Of a stretch of 64,000 nucleotides of DNA, positions 13,007 to 27,021 are shown piece after piece (the stretch's first letter is position 1; each line of letters starts with the position of its first letter). The notes under the pieces were generated by a model. It ran no database searches and was not told the origin of the DNA. It saw only the letters and a list, made by a program, of their open reading frames with translations. The DNA lies in contig NC_135257.1 in NCBI RefSeq assembly GCF_964204865.1, positions 13,330,001-13,394,000 on the forward strand, written 5' to 3'. This DNA comes from Styela clava (taxonomy: Eukaryota). A program made the translations under genes and the position numbers.

Positions 13007-16000
13007 ATGGCACCAAAATCTGACAGCTCCAAGCTCAAATTCAGTGATGGTAATAAATTATTACTAAATCTTAACATATTTCTTGCGATGAATGATAAAT
13101 AAATTATGTTAGTTTAACTCAAACTCTAATTTTTGAGTTCTTCTATGCTAATTATTATGCGGTTCGAAAATGGTCATACCCAATGGAATGTTCAAAATTA
13201 TTTGGAAGTTCACCAAGAGTTTAGAAATTTTGCGGGTCTCTTATGTTAAACTGAACTTGATAGAAATTTGCTTTAAGAGTTGCCTTAGATTCCAATTAAC
13301 ATGATACTTCAATCGGACAGAATTCATTTTTATAAGGAAATATTTGGTCTAGGTCGGAGAAAATTTCATAAACATGAAAAAAAACCTTAGTTATAATTTT
13401 CATAAACAAATAGATACATTTGGTATTCTCAATACTGCAGTCTGCAATAGTTAATTTTTACTCTTTCCGCTTTATACAATTCATTGACATGATATATATA
13501 TATATATATATATCATTGCTTAAAAATTGTCTCACTTTTAAAGGTGAATATGTCCAATAAGCTGATTATTAATAAATAATTTATCTTAGTTTGATGTCAT
13601 TTTCCAACAGGTGAACGAGTTCTCTGCTTTCATGGGCCACTTCTTTATGAAGCTAAATGTGTAAAAGCTGAAGTGAGAGACCATAAATGTGCTTATCTTA
13701 TTCACTACAATGGTTGGAACAAATCGTGGGATGAATGGGTACAAGAGAATCGGGTTTTGAAATATAATGACTCTAATTTACAGAAACAAAAGGATCTTCT
13801 GAAACAACATGGGTAAGTCTGATGTGTTTATCATTATCACTGTTCATTATCTCTTCCATCCTCAAATTGGATATTACTGGTGTTATTCATTATTTTATCA
13901 ATAGTAAAATGCCATTCTAGTTGTAGCCAACTAAGCAACCAATCACCCACTTATTCTGCTTCATTAAATGTGGAGTGGAGTCTAAACTGCCTGATTTTTT
14001 CTTTTAATATGTGTTAAAACAGGTCGAAAAAAACTCAATATTCATCATATTACATTGTCACCATCCAATATGATTCCCATTGCTATCGTATATTCTATGA
14101 ATTTATCACCAGTAGCATCCAATCCATTCAAATCCATTTTTTTTTTCATTTGTTTGTAGAAAAGACAAATTGCGAAGAGGCAAGCACCCTAAACCAAAAA
14201 CAGAAAAGGAAAGTATTGAAAAGAAAAAAGGTAAATTTCACATTTCGTTGAAATAAGCAGTTAGTATTTTTAATTATAGTAATTAATAACTATCAAGCTT
14301 GTCCAGGGACCTAAAGTTAAACTGAAAACTTGGAAAATGTGTAAAGATTGCTCTCATGAACATTTCTCAATGGACTATTCTTTGGGTCACATCTCACATG
14401 AATCAAAATGTATGATTCTCAATTGTAATATTCGTAGATTATGTAATTGGGCCATAACAATAAAATTTTATTTCTACAGTTACTACAGAGCCAAATACTT
14501 CAGCTGAACCTAAAAAGAAGAAAAACAAAGTCGATCCCACTGTTGAAACGGTGGGTTTTCAACTTGAATGTTTAAAGATACTAGGATTAGACAATGGGGG
14601 AAGATGTGGAATTTGCTCGTTAATTGCTATAGATACCTTTAATAACAAGTTGAAAAAGAAATTACACTAATGGTATATCTGATGGATATTTCTACTAATT
14701 CTGGGTAAAAGTAACTCGAGAAATAATTTTTCTGATTCTTGGCAATTTATATATTATCATGTTACATAAACCCTTATGGCTACATTATTTGACTTTTCTG
14801 CTCTGGGTAATTTTGCACAATAATATTTATTCTTACTTAACAGGAGGACTCGTTCTTTGCTAAAGTTGAAGTGAAGATTGAAATGCCTGATGAATTAAAG
14901 CCAATGCTTGTGGATGACTGGGATTTGATAACAAGACAAAAGCAGGTAGATCAATCAGAATCTTCAATATTTATTATCAATTTATATCGCAATCAATTAT
15001 TCAAATTTATTTTATGTCTACTATTTCATATTAGTTAGCTATATATGGAATTAATCATTACATCCTGTGTAAGAACCAATTTTTTGAGGCTCAATCCATT
15101 TATTTATATTGTCATCATTCATATATAACCCTGTTTGAGCTATGTTTTATTAACACAGTATATAACTCCTGTTGGCTAATTCGATATCCAATTTGGCAAT
15201 CCTCATCAAATTATTAATATGGTGTGGCAAAAAAATTCAATCATTATTGGTATTTTTTACTGATTAATTGATTTTATATCTTGCTTTTTTCTCTTCCGAT
15301 CGTGTCTCAGTGATCGTGTGTGCGTGCGTGCCTTAATTAGTTTTAATTCTTTTGGGTGAGCGAACAAGTATTACTTCTTTAAACCTTTTATCAATACCTT
15401 TCCATCTAAAATCTGTACGCTTAAAATTTTACTCGAGTTTTTGTTTTCTCTCACGATTCAATAATCAGTTTTATTTATTTATTATGCAAATTTCATTTTT
15501 TTTTCTATTGTAAATCATAATTTAAAAATATCTCGTGTGTTTTTCTATCACCTTTTTACCAGTAAAAGTAATGCTTTATTTGATTATTTTGTTTCGATGT
15601 ATTTCAGTTGTATCATCTTCCAGCTCGTAAAACTGTTGATGATATATTGAAGGATTATGTAGCATATTTTGAGAATGAAGAATCAAAAAGGTAATTGAAC
15701 TATGAAGTGCACTAGACAAACTTAGGATATCATGATATATTTTTAAATGATTAGTTTTTATAAATTATCTATTTCGACATACAGGGATTGCCTTGAAATG
15801 ATTCCTCATGCTTCGATGTTGTTAAAGTTTCTGATTTATTCTAAATTAGTTGGTTATAAAGCAAACTAAATTTAATAAAACTTAGGTAATTTGTTAAAAG
15901 ATTTTGCAATTTCGTTTGTTTGTAAAATAATAATATCATTAATTTCAATTAAAAAATAATTATTAAACTTAACTTAGACTTCACACCAAAATATTCACAC

Positions 16001-17476
16001 ATTTATAGATAAGACCTGACATTTCTGTTGTCCTCATTTATTGCTGTGATTCTTTTATTGTTATGTAGCCAGCAATGTGAAATTTGTTTTCTTTGCACAG
16101 TTATTTACAGTATATTTTATTTAGAGCAAGTACAATACTAGAGATGGTGGAAGGTATCAAAGAGTATTTTAATGTAATGTTGGGCTCTCAGCTTCTGTAT
16201 AAATTTGAAAGACCTCAGTATGGTGAGATCATGGAGAAAAACCCAGAAAAAAATATGTCACAGTTATATGGTCCTCCGCATTTTCTCAGATTTTTTGGTA
16301 AGTAATCAAAATAGAGTGATATTTTAGCCCACAACAGATCTACTCTATTCATAGAATGCCTGGTTGCGAGACTGGTAGTGTTAATAAAATCACAAAAATT
16401 CAAAGTGAAAAATATTTTTAAGATATTAATGGTAGTACTGGAAATAAAACCGGACTGCTAGAAAATATTTCTATTCAAAGATGCTGTAAACGGATGTGGG
16501 GCGATGGTTTGACTTGACTTTGTTGGCATTGCCATTTACATAGCCAATCCTATGCCCACCATCTCTTGTAGGGTGTAATAAATTGGGTAGGCAATGAGAT
16601 TGGATACTGCACAGAACCTTGTTCAGAGCTAAAGACTTTAACAAGCGTCGTATAAAAAACAGTAAGGCAGTCAATACTGATTCCTAGTAGTTCGGTATGA
16701 AAATCTTCCCTCGTAATATCGAAATTAAATTTATAGCAGACTTTTTTTATCTGATTTAATAATGGCAACTTTTTTTTCTAATCGTCGTATCTTTGAATAG
16801 TGGTTTGTTCATAATATAAAACTACTTTGATAATGGGAGCTTCTACATTGAATATAACTAAAAATATCCACCTCTATTAGGGATATTCTTAATTTAATGT
16901 AATATTTTTCAGTTCGAATGGGTTCAATGCTGACATACACAAGTTTAAATGAGAAGAATATGAGAGTGTTAATAAAGCATATTCAAAAACTTTTAAGGTT
17001 GGTATATAATAAGAAAAACTGATTTAAAACTATGATTTGAAAACACTAAATGATACTACCGGTAAATAATATCAAACAAAGCCTAGCCATATATGAATGT
17101 TATTTTGAAAGTGTTATTAAATTGGATACAGGCGATTTTTGTGATTCAATACTTGAGTGAACTATCTTTAATTTCATTCTTCAGTTTTTATTTTGATGCA
17201 AACTATAATGGTAAATATCTAACTGCAACTGTTTCTATTTTAAATTAACCTATTCTATGCGAGCCCTACCAAATTTGTCATGCCCAAATGTTATGTATGC
17301 TACTAGTATATTTTTATAGATAGCTTCTAATAAATCTGATGATACTTTCATCTGTACTGTTGAACTGTGATTTATGTTTTATTCCCAGCTATATTAAGGA
17401 CAACGCTTCCTCTTTGTTTGACACCAATGAGTATGAAGTTGCTCCTGCTGAATATCATAGGAAGGCAATGACATGA
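13007..17476 (+). CDS. MORF4L1: Mortality factor 4-like 1 / MRG15 (chromo-barrel plus MRG domain), 305 aa
   Basis: Nine exons 13007-13049, 13611-13812, 14160-14230, 14480-14550, 14844-14945, 15608-15690, 16125-16297, 16913-16997, 17389-17476 sum to 918 nt in frame. Motifs: [79 protein letters not shown]. Confidence 0.96.
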
Positions 17477-18532
17477 TTCAAAATTAGTGGAATAATGGAT
17501 TGATCGATCACAAAAGTGTTGGTGATTATTGCGCAAAATGATTACGACCATTTCTTGAAGAAGTGCGCCAATGATGTTGATAGTGTTTTTATTTCTGGGC
17601 TTCTGCCAGAGTTGATGCAAATGCCAGTTGTGGATTGGCCATTTTGAGAACAGATATCACAAACATTGTATCAATATCACTATACAAATACAAAATGAAT
17701 CGAATAAGTGATACTGAACAGTTCGAGAGCCTTTCAATTTCATGTTTGAAAACTGATGTCATCAGTAGTGTCAATATCCTTATGTGAAAATCAATCATAT
17801 CACAGTATACTAATATCAATATGGGAAATTTTGGCCACCAGTATTACTTGAAAAGACACTATGGTACATGTCTGACATGGTCTTCCAGCAAAAACACGTT
17901 AGGAATATGTATCTTTAATTTCGTAAATTTTTGTATGTTTTGCACTATCTTTGTATGATTTATTAGGCTTACCTGATCTGATGTTGGTGAAGGTAAAAAA
18001 ATCTTCTGGAAATGTCTGGTTATGATCAAGTTGTTCAGCGAAGCATGCGAGCTTGGCGCTTTACATGCTATGTGTGTGCTTACATAACCATTGTGAAGTT
18101 AAAACTTCCTTTGAAATGATTCTTTTTTTCGATCGGCCCAGCCACCAATATTTCTAAAACTTACATTTTCGAGCTGTTAATGGGAGGTATCTAACAGCAT
18201 TTTTCATGTTAGAATTTTTTTATTTGTAATACATAATATTGTGCTACGTCTTGATCATCGTTTAATCAGTTTATATTTAGTATAGGAGGTAGACTTCTAT
18301 AGATGTAGTTGACAGAGGTGCAAGTAGTCGGCATGTAAGGTTGTTGCGTGGAAATTATAAGAGATCTCCAAAGACATCCCCATGCCATTATGAAACTTTG
18401 GAGAAGCATCGAGCATGGCTCAAGCGATTTTCTCGTATCTTTGTCATGGGACAATACTAGCATCAAAGCCAATAAGCTGCTGTATAGAGGCAGGCCCATA
18501 CGCTCCAACAGATGCACTGGTAAGCTCTAAGT

Positions 18533-19227
18533 CAGGTCTCCAACACGCAGCCGGCCCGCGTCTTGGATTAGATATTTCCATAAAAAACTAAAATAGTACG
18601 ATGTTAACTATGAGTAGGTTTTATCGTGTTATTTAACATCACGTTGTGTAAATGGACGGAAGCCCATTCACTTAGCTAACAAAGAAAGTTCCTGAACTCG
18701 TAATAGATCTATAATAAGGAAAATCGGAATAAAACAATGGCATAACCCTGGCCTGGTACACATACTAGGAGAGTGCAAATTTTTCACTCTATTGTAATAA
18801 TTAAATTGTAAATTCAATAATTTCATTACACATTTTTAGTATGACGAAATAACAGAGTTTCGGTCTGATCATTGTGTCTCAAGAAAGGTTCGCAAAGTTA
18901 ATATGTGATGTTTGGAAGTACTTATATTTGCAAGCAGTTTTTTTTTAACAATGAAAATTACCAAATCAGCCCTCCTCAAACGACAAACATTAGCATGCCG
19001 TCTCCAGAATAGCAAATTACCGTAACGCAAAAGGAGTTTATCACCACTACAAAACCGTGCCAAGTATCCAGCACAGGTAAATGAATATGTCTAGTATTGG
19101 TAGGAGGTTCAGATTCAGATTTTTTTTTGTTATTTTTGTGTATCAATTTTGTACCTGGTTTGTGGCCCGCGTCGTTAATTGAGTTCAAAAAGTGGCCCAT
19201 GACATATTTTTGAGTTGGAGACCCCTG
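18533..19227. mobile_element. Non-autonomous hAT MITE
   Basis: CAGGTCTCCAAC / GTTGGAGACCCCTG ends; TSD ctctaagt/ctctaagc. Confidence 0.75.
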
Positions 19228-20878
19228 CTCTAAGCAAATGGAACTACACTTTTCCAAAGGCAGAATGTACATACAATAGCAGATAAAAAGCCAACCCCAG
19301 TCACTGGAACCACTTGTATCAGCTTACTGCCAATGCCACATAAACTAGAATAAAGCAAAATATATGAATAAAATTCATTATTATTAAAATTCACTACAAA
19401 GTAGCATTTGAAGCGGAATGAGAGCTACAGAAAAAGAACTGTAGAAAGATAAAATACAATTCTATGGTAAATACACAACATGCAACTAAAACCATGATTG
19501 AAGTGCACATGCTATTAGTCAGTGGAGTTGACAATTCAAAGATACCCTTTATAAAAAGTAAAGGTATTCAGTAGTCGATAATAAAACATAAGATGTCGTT
19601 ACACTCAATGAGTTGTTCAACATCACGAAAGATGAGGTATCTTCTCTTAAGGGCAAGGTATAGTTCTTTGTTGGATGATCAGAAATTTAGTTGAAAGAAT
19701 ATAATATTGTTTATCTACAAAAAAAAAATGTGAGTGCATGAGTCACCCACACAATTTAACTATAAAACTACGATTCAAATTGAATCTTGATATTTAAAAG
19801 GTAAAATGAGTTAACACTTCTATGCTGATCAAAGTATAGACTATATATGTTCACACACTACTTAAAAAAGTCCATTACAATTTAAAATTAGTAACTGAAA
19901 ATATTCAACTAATTTCACAATTATATTGTAATATTCCCATTTGCCGCTCAGAAATATAAAATTTGCTTCAAGGTTAGTTCCAAAAACATATCTATATTGA
20001 CCAAAATATTACAGTTGAAGCAAATAATTGCTCATATGAAATAGGTTTCAGTGTCTTCTAACTAGAAAAGGGGGATGTGGTACCACAAATAGCCGACTTC
20101 AAACCAATGAAGTAGAGCGTAAAAATGGTGCATATTCATCAACAGATTTTTGAATTACAAACTCCAAGCAATAGACATTTGGCACCTATAACAGTTACTG
20201 AATACTGAAAAGCCATACAAGAGCCAGAACATGTAGATTAAATTATGCATATTATAATAAATATAGAATCCATTTTACGCCTAAAAGACACAATATACCA
20301 TTTATCTTTTTTTTTCATCTGCAAAATTATAAATCAAAGAACAATTTTATATTTTTTTATCTCTTCCATAGAGCAAAATAATCATACCCTTATTTTTCAA
20401 TTAAAATTACTTCATTGGATACATTTTTCCATAGATATAACATTTTAGGCCCGAACTAAATATCGTGGTTTATATATGAAGATGAGGTACGATACACACA
20501 GCATATTATATATGCATGTTTCCTTCAAGCCAGTTCAATCAAAAATTCTCATCTGAAGATAATAAGGAAGCAACAAACAGCCATTGAGATATGAGAGTAT
20601 ATGACATTGGTTTTACAGTTATCAATATTAAAATCAAAATTTAGTATAAAATAATCGCTTATTGTTTGAATTGAACTGGACATTTACTTTCAATACAATA
20701 ACAGACAAGATTTTTCATACAGTATTGGTTTAAAAAATATTTTGAAACAATTTTTTGGCTGAGTTATAAAACCATTTCCAAAGTTTGACTTTCAAAATGA
20801 TTTTTTCAGTATTCAGTAACTTCATATAAAATTTAGAAAAAGAAATAAAGAACAGTGATTATATCAAGATTCTTTAAA

Positions 20879-23800
20879 CTACTGTTGCTTCCACCAAACA
20901 TATACTAAAGTCATAACAGCCATAACTCCAAGTCCTGACATAGTCCTTGTTGATGGTCCCCACCATTCTCGGATCATAGCCTGAAACAATGAAGCACTAA
21001 TAAAAACTACTCAGAAAAATACCTACTCCTCTATTGAACATGAATTGTACCTATAGACCAGGTGTGGGCAGGGATTTTGGACCAGGGCCAAAAATTTTGC
21101 CCACCTAAACTGGCGGGCCATGTATAAGTGACGTAAAAAATTTTAGTAACAATATTTACAATGTTACAAAAGCAAAAGAGGAAAACGATAAGCCTCTCGC
21201 CACATTTGATCACAATCCCAACAAATTCCTTGAGTTTTTTTTAGCTAAAACATTAAAATTCGGTTTTAGTTTGGTTGTGGCTGCATCAGGTGGGCCAGAT
21301 TGAATTACCCAATGGGGAGGAATTGGCCCGCGGGCCGCAGTTTGCCCATGTCAGCTATAGATTATTTTGCTAAATTGCTGCGATCATCTTGTTGATGGAG
21401 TCAATTTTCACTGCCACTAATGAATCAGTCAATTTTCAAATTTTTGGTACAGTAAGGCAATTGCGGTACTTGTTTTCAAATTTCATATGAGAACCAATAT
21501 TTTCAGCCAAAATTTTGCTGTTTTATTTCAGTCAAATGGGAACACTTTTTTATTCTGCCACGCTGCAACAGATTCAATGCTCTAAGGCTGTTGTTTTCAA
21601 ATTTTTGGTGTTATGGAGCCTGTGAAGAGGTTGAGTATTATTCATGGAGCCCCACAATAAATTTATAAAAATATAAACTATCTATTGAAACTTATAAATA
21701 TTGATTTACTTCCTTGTTGCCACATTTCGACGAATTCTAATAATGCCATTATTGCTTCTTTGGACAGTTACAAAGTTAGCAAGTCACTGTTTTAATTAGT
21801 AAACAAATAGCTCGCGGAGCCGCTAATGCCTAACTCTGCGAGTACCGATACACTACCTTCATGCATATATATTACTGTGGGGACTGTCTGTGTTAGCCAA
21901 GTGAATTTACACCCTTTCCATAGGATTCGGTCTGTTTACACAACTTGATATAAAGTAGTCGAGCAAAATTAGTTACTTCCATATTGGTACACACACTTCT
22001 GGTGTTCCGATTATAGTAGGACAGATTATAATTATAAAAAAAATTATTGAAAAGCCTTCTTAGATTAAACGCGAGGTAAATCCTAAACAGCATCAATGCA
22101 AATTACCGAATTTAATGACAAACAGTAATAGTACAAATATATGAATTCCAGCTGAATATATCTTAATATAACAGAACAGCATTATCACAAAGCTCAAAAC
22201 ATGATAAACTAGTATTGCATAATCTCTTTTATTAAATATTGACTTTTAATATTAAATTGCAGTTTGTTCTAAATCAAGAGGTTGGAAAAATACAGTTACG
22301 CGATTAATATAATGAATAATATAAACAGTACATACCCATCCACCACGTTGTATGATCCACCAGGCAACATATTGACAGAAAAAATCGATTGCCCATTTGA
22401 ATATTTCTTTTACCCATGGAATGCTATCAACTGCTGTCGCAACAGCCTGTAAAAAATAATAGTTTATTTTTTATGTTCAGTGCAAAATTGAACAATACAA
22501 GCAATACAATACAAGATATAGTATTTCACTTGTTTTCATTAATTATAGTTTTCCACCTGTACATAAACTTTTCTATCACAATTGTTGTCTAATACAAAGC
22601 AGTAAATCGCCAATAAAAATAAATGAAGTAATTTATTCTTTTAGAATTCAGCGTATTTGATCATTTTTAAAATTTCAAATCCTGTACTTATATTTACAGA
22701 TGTCAGTACCCTACACCAGTGTTTTTCAATCGTTGTGCCGTAAAATATTGTCAGGGGTGCTGTGGGAAATTCTCCAATTTGTGTGTCTATGCGGTGTAGC
22801 GCCCGGCAGAGTAATCATTTAGTACGGTACTGTTCTATATCAGAAAGTGGCAGCAGCAGTAGGTGGCGATTAGTCTTTTTGTCTTTGTTTTTATTTGATT
22901 ACTATTCAAGATGTCCGATTCAACATCATTCTTTTAATGTTAAAAAAGCTCATATTACCAATATAACACTTATATTGTAAATATTAGGTCTTTTCCCCAC
23001 ATTTTCAGCTGGTGGTGTGCCGGGGGATTTTCTCAATGAAAAAAGTGTGCCTTGGCTCGAAAAAGGTTTAAAAACTCTGCCCTACACAAGGAAGTACAAA
23101 AATCATCATATATACCTTTGTTATTAACCTGTAGGCAAAATAAAACAAGGCAACGACGCGACCCCAGTTGAACTGTCCATCATCAAACATTTGTCTGCAA
23201 ACTTTCATGAAGATTTCTTTGGGGGATTTAATTGGTACCATATCTATAAGGCTGAAGAAATAAAAGATCATGACAAACAATAATCATGAAAAGATATAAG
23301 CCAAGTGTGGACCATATAAAAATGCGCATACATAGAATAAAAATAATAATCATAATAAAAATGAGCTTTTATTTCTTATTAGGAACAGTTGATACTTGTT
23401 TGTCTTGGCTTAGACTGGTTTGCCACCTAGGTATAACCAATCCATAATTCATGCTTGGTTTTGGCTTACTTCCTCATGCTTGTGTATACTTCCTTATTTA
23501 GAATATGCATTTTTATTTATTTTTAGCGAAGTGCAAACATATCCGAAAGAACAAAGAGATCAGGTGTTGTGGTGAGTCATCACTTCTAACATCAGACCAG
23601 ACAAAATATATTTGGGGGTTTTCTCTGCCAAACAATTGGTAATTGTCAGTTTCTATATTAATAGCTGAATAAGAAACAAAGAATCAAAAACAGGCAATAC
23701 TTATTCAAATCATAATCTTGTGCAAGTTGATCACCAATATCTCGAAGAGCGCAAGCAACATCGTCTAAATGGTCTTCTCCGTGATCGGAAAAACTTTGCT

Positions 23801-26043
23801 TTTCCTGTTGCATCTGAAACAAATCAAGTTCATTAAACACATATTCTCTTTTGTATATGGTAGTTTTCAAAGAATAACAAGATATTTTTATGTTTCTAAA
23901 GTATTGTTAAACATCTTACGTCATCTTGACACACTGCAGTTTGTACTTGATCCCTATGCCTGGATGACATTGGGTCCCTCTGTATACGATCAAGAATAAA
24001 CCTGTAGAAAAATACAGACATTGATAGCAATTGCCATAGAGAAGGTATCCAAGCAACAGGCCCCTGAAAATAATGCGCAAAATTCTTTCCTTGAGAAGAA
24101 ATGCTTTGTGGCAATGGCAACAAAGTTCTAGCTAGCAGTTAGTGTAGAGCAGTACAGTTTCTATAAGCCCAGGCGCCCAGCTACATCCAACATCCTTGAG
24201 AGTGACAAATTCAGAAAGATGTTACAATAAACTGGGAAGATCACAGTCATTCATGTGTCTAACTGTGCTCAAATTTCATGAAGATGCTCAGTCTAATGTT
24301 ATAATACTGACATATAGGACTATAACACCAGCTAGGAAAACTATGACTTAACAAAAAAACAACATTACATTTCTAATAGTAAATGAGCTTGTCCACCAAC
24401 TCTTCTTTCTTGTTCACTTAGACCTCGTTGATATGAAATACCTGAAATATAGAGCAACCATGATCAACTGGATTATTATGTACTAGGTTACTGAAACTTT
24501 TGGGTACAATACACAAACATAAGTTCTTTAAAATAAATCTTCATTTTCATGAAAATAAATAAGAAATTTATAGTTCTGTCTTTCCTAGATTACTGAAACT
24601 TTTGGGAAAAATCATACACAAACATAAGTTCAAGTGTTAAAATAAACTTTCTTCATATTCATAGAATTAAGAAATTTGTGGCTTTTTTTTTAGATTTTTG
24701 GATACAATAATACACAAACATAGGTTCAAGTGTCAAAATAAATTCTTCATTTTCATAGAATTAGGAAATTTAGGGCTTCTGTTTTTCCTAGATTACTGAA
24801 ACTTTTGGGTACAATCATACACAAACATAAGTTTAAGCATCATTAAATAAATTTTCTTCAATGACATTAAAGTAATTAAAACTTTATAGGTTCAGTTTTT
24901 TTTAGTCACCCTGTACCATAAATGTCATCTATGGCACAGATCTAGTCCACTTCATTTTCTTTGAAACTATTTACATAATACTTTTTAAACTGTAAATCTA
25001 TAGCTTTTGTCTCGTATGCAATTTTTTGTTAGAAAATAACACATGTTGAAGGTCTGAAAACCGAAGTGCAGCTATTTTCTATCTAACTATAATTCAAAAG
25101 CAATATGTAAATCCAAGCCGAAAGAATCTACCTATTTGATTTGATAATTTACAAGTGTTTTAAAAGTACAACAGACAGAAAGTTCAATACATTCGCATAT
25201 ATTTTATTTATTTCTGGCCCAAGCTTCAACCAACTGAAGTTGGGGTCTCGTGTAGTCTCGTACCATAATAACTTCTAGTGGGTGTGGCGTAACAATTTTT
25301 GCATATGTCATTCCTAACCCCCAGCCGACTACGCCATCCATAAATTACTTCACCACGATGTCACAATGACATAATAAGCTATTTCTCTTGTATTCTTTTC
25401 GTTGCAATCCCAATGAGAGAGATCGCTGGCGCTAGTGAGTTCATTATCGTCGACGCAGATGTCATTTCGGGCAATCGTAGCTGTACTTTGGCAAGCTATA
25501 TGACGTGATTGTGACATAATTTTTGGATGACGTAGTCAGGTGGGGTTAGGAATAACATACGCAAAAAAGGTGTAGGGCAAGCACACTATAAGTTATTGAG
25601 GTACGAAACCACACAAGACCCCTGAGATTGTTGCTTTCTTGTATTTTTTTTTTGTGTTTGTGCTGGTGAGCAGGCACATGATATTTCTCATGTTTTAAAC
25701 ATTTTTAAAGGTTTTGCTCGCTCTCCAGAATTCCCCATTTTCAATTTGTATATATTAAGTTTTCAATATAACTACCTTATCTATCCATATACAAATCTCA
25801 AATGATTATGATTAGTTTTCAGTAAATTACAAATAAAAAAAAAATTTGATGCCATTCAATACCTTCTCCCCCAACAGCACCAGGTGGATCAGGTCCACGG
25901 CGCCTTGTTGGGCGTCTAGTTGGTGCCGTCATTGGACGCTCGGGGCGTGCATCAGGTTCATCTTCATCCCTATGTTGTTGAATGTTTTGAAGATCATCGT
26001 CATCATTAATTTTACTTTGTCTGTGTCGCCCATCCCCAGACAT
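20879..26043 (-). CDS. BAX: Apoptosis regulator BAX-like multidomain Bcl-2 family protein, 265 aa
   Basis: Exons 26043-25863, 24441-24369, 24001-23920, 23813-23701, 23251-23116, 22446-22336 and 20980-20879 total 798 nt in frame. BH3 LRDIGDQL; BH1 [19 protein letters not shown] (BAX-type); BH2 WIIQRGGW; C-terminal TM ending VWWKQQ*. Confidence 0.92.
21059..21354. mobile_element. hAT MITE in BAX intron
   Basis: CAGGTGTGGGCA / TGCCCATGTCAG ends; TSD ctatagac/ctatagat. Confidence 0.75.
22717..23079. mobile_element. hAT MITE in BAX intron
   Basis: CAGTGTTTTTCAA / TTTAAAAACTCTG ends; perfect 8-bp TSD ccctacac. Confidence 0.85.
24483..24915. repeat. ~100-bp tandem repeat (about 4 units) ending in a Tc1/mariner-like terminus
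   Basis: ctag(g/a)ttactgaaacttttggg...acacaaacataagttc...aaataaa is repeated; the array ends at GTCACCCTGTA (reverse TACAGGGTGAC). Confidence 0.7.
25243..25621. mobile_element. MITE, second copy of the 9885-10316 family
   Basis: GGGTCTCGTGTAGTCTCGTACC...GGTACGAAACCACACAAGACCC; flanks ctgaagttg/ctgagattg. Confidence 0.75.
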
Positions 26044-26746
26044 TTTATTTTTTTCACAGTGAAAGTCCTTATTTGATTGTATGACACAAAATCTTTTAAT
26101 CCACTGATGTTTCTTTCAGTTATATATTATTTCAAAAGTAAATCAGTTGGCAAGATGTTGTGTTAGTTAACTATTGTTAAAAAAATATTTAGATCTTATA
26201 CCGGTACTTTATTTAACCAATTCTATGGAAAAACTGAAAACAGTGACAGTATCTCAATCATTTTGATACAATTATATTCTGAATATCAGTTTATAGTCTA
26301 TGTTCGTTTGGCATTTTTACAACCACGAATATTCATAAAAAATAGATTATTAGAACAACTCCATCAGCAGATCAGACTGTCTGACTGCAGGACTGTGATT
26401 CCCCTTAATTCCATTTCTACAGTTCTATCAATTTTGAATATTGAAACATCAACTAAATTGAATGAAAAGTTAATAAAATGGATAGGCGTATCAGGTTATA
26501 GGCATATACTGATATACGGCAGTACGGTGTAACAGCCTGCCCACACGCCCGAAGACTGAAAGACCTGAATTCAGACAGACGGCGACCCAAGGACAGAAGG
26601 AGCAACATTGCGAAACGGAATCTGAAACAAGACAACAAAAGCGCTTAGGGTTAGGCCAAAATATATACGCTTTGTTTTTGGCTGATTGGCGCCACCAAGC
26701 AACCAAATATAGATTGAGATCACATAGTCAATCGTAAATATATAGA

Positions 26747-26880
26747 GTCAATCAATCAATCAATCAATCAAGTTTATAACACAGGCACAAATTACGAAAG
26801 TACACGGTTTTAATGCGAAAGAGAAGTCAGGGAGAACTAAAGATGGTTATCGAGCAGCGATACCCGAAGTATCACAAAGT
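26747..26880 (-). mobile_element. 3' end of a non-LTR retroelement (LINE/SINE tail) with (TTGA)n
   Basis: Reverse strand cttcgggtatcgctgctcgataaccatctttagttctccctgacttc...ttgattgattga matches the plus-strand copies at ~44465 and ~44685. Confidence 0.55.
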
Positions 26881-27021
26881 ATGTAATGGGGAATCTATAT
26901 ATATTAGAATGTATCACATTTCATTTACGCTATGATCTTAGTTTAAAGGTAATACATCGTCAAAAAGCTATTACAGCAAAAATTCAAAGTGTCTGTAATC
27001 AGTTCTTGAGAATGACTTTTG

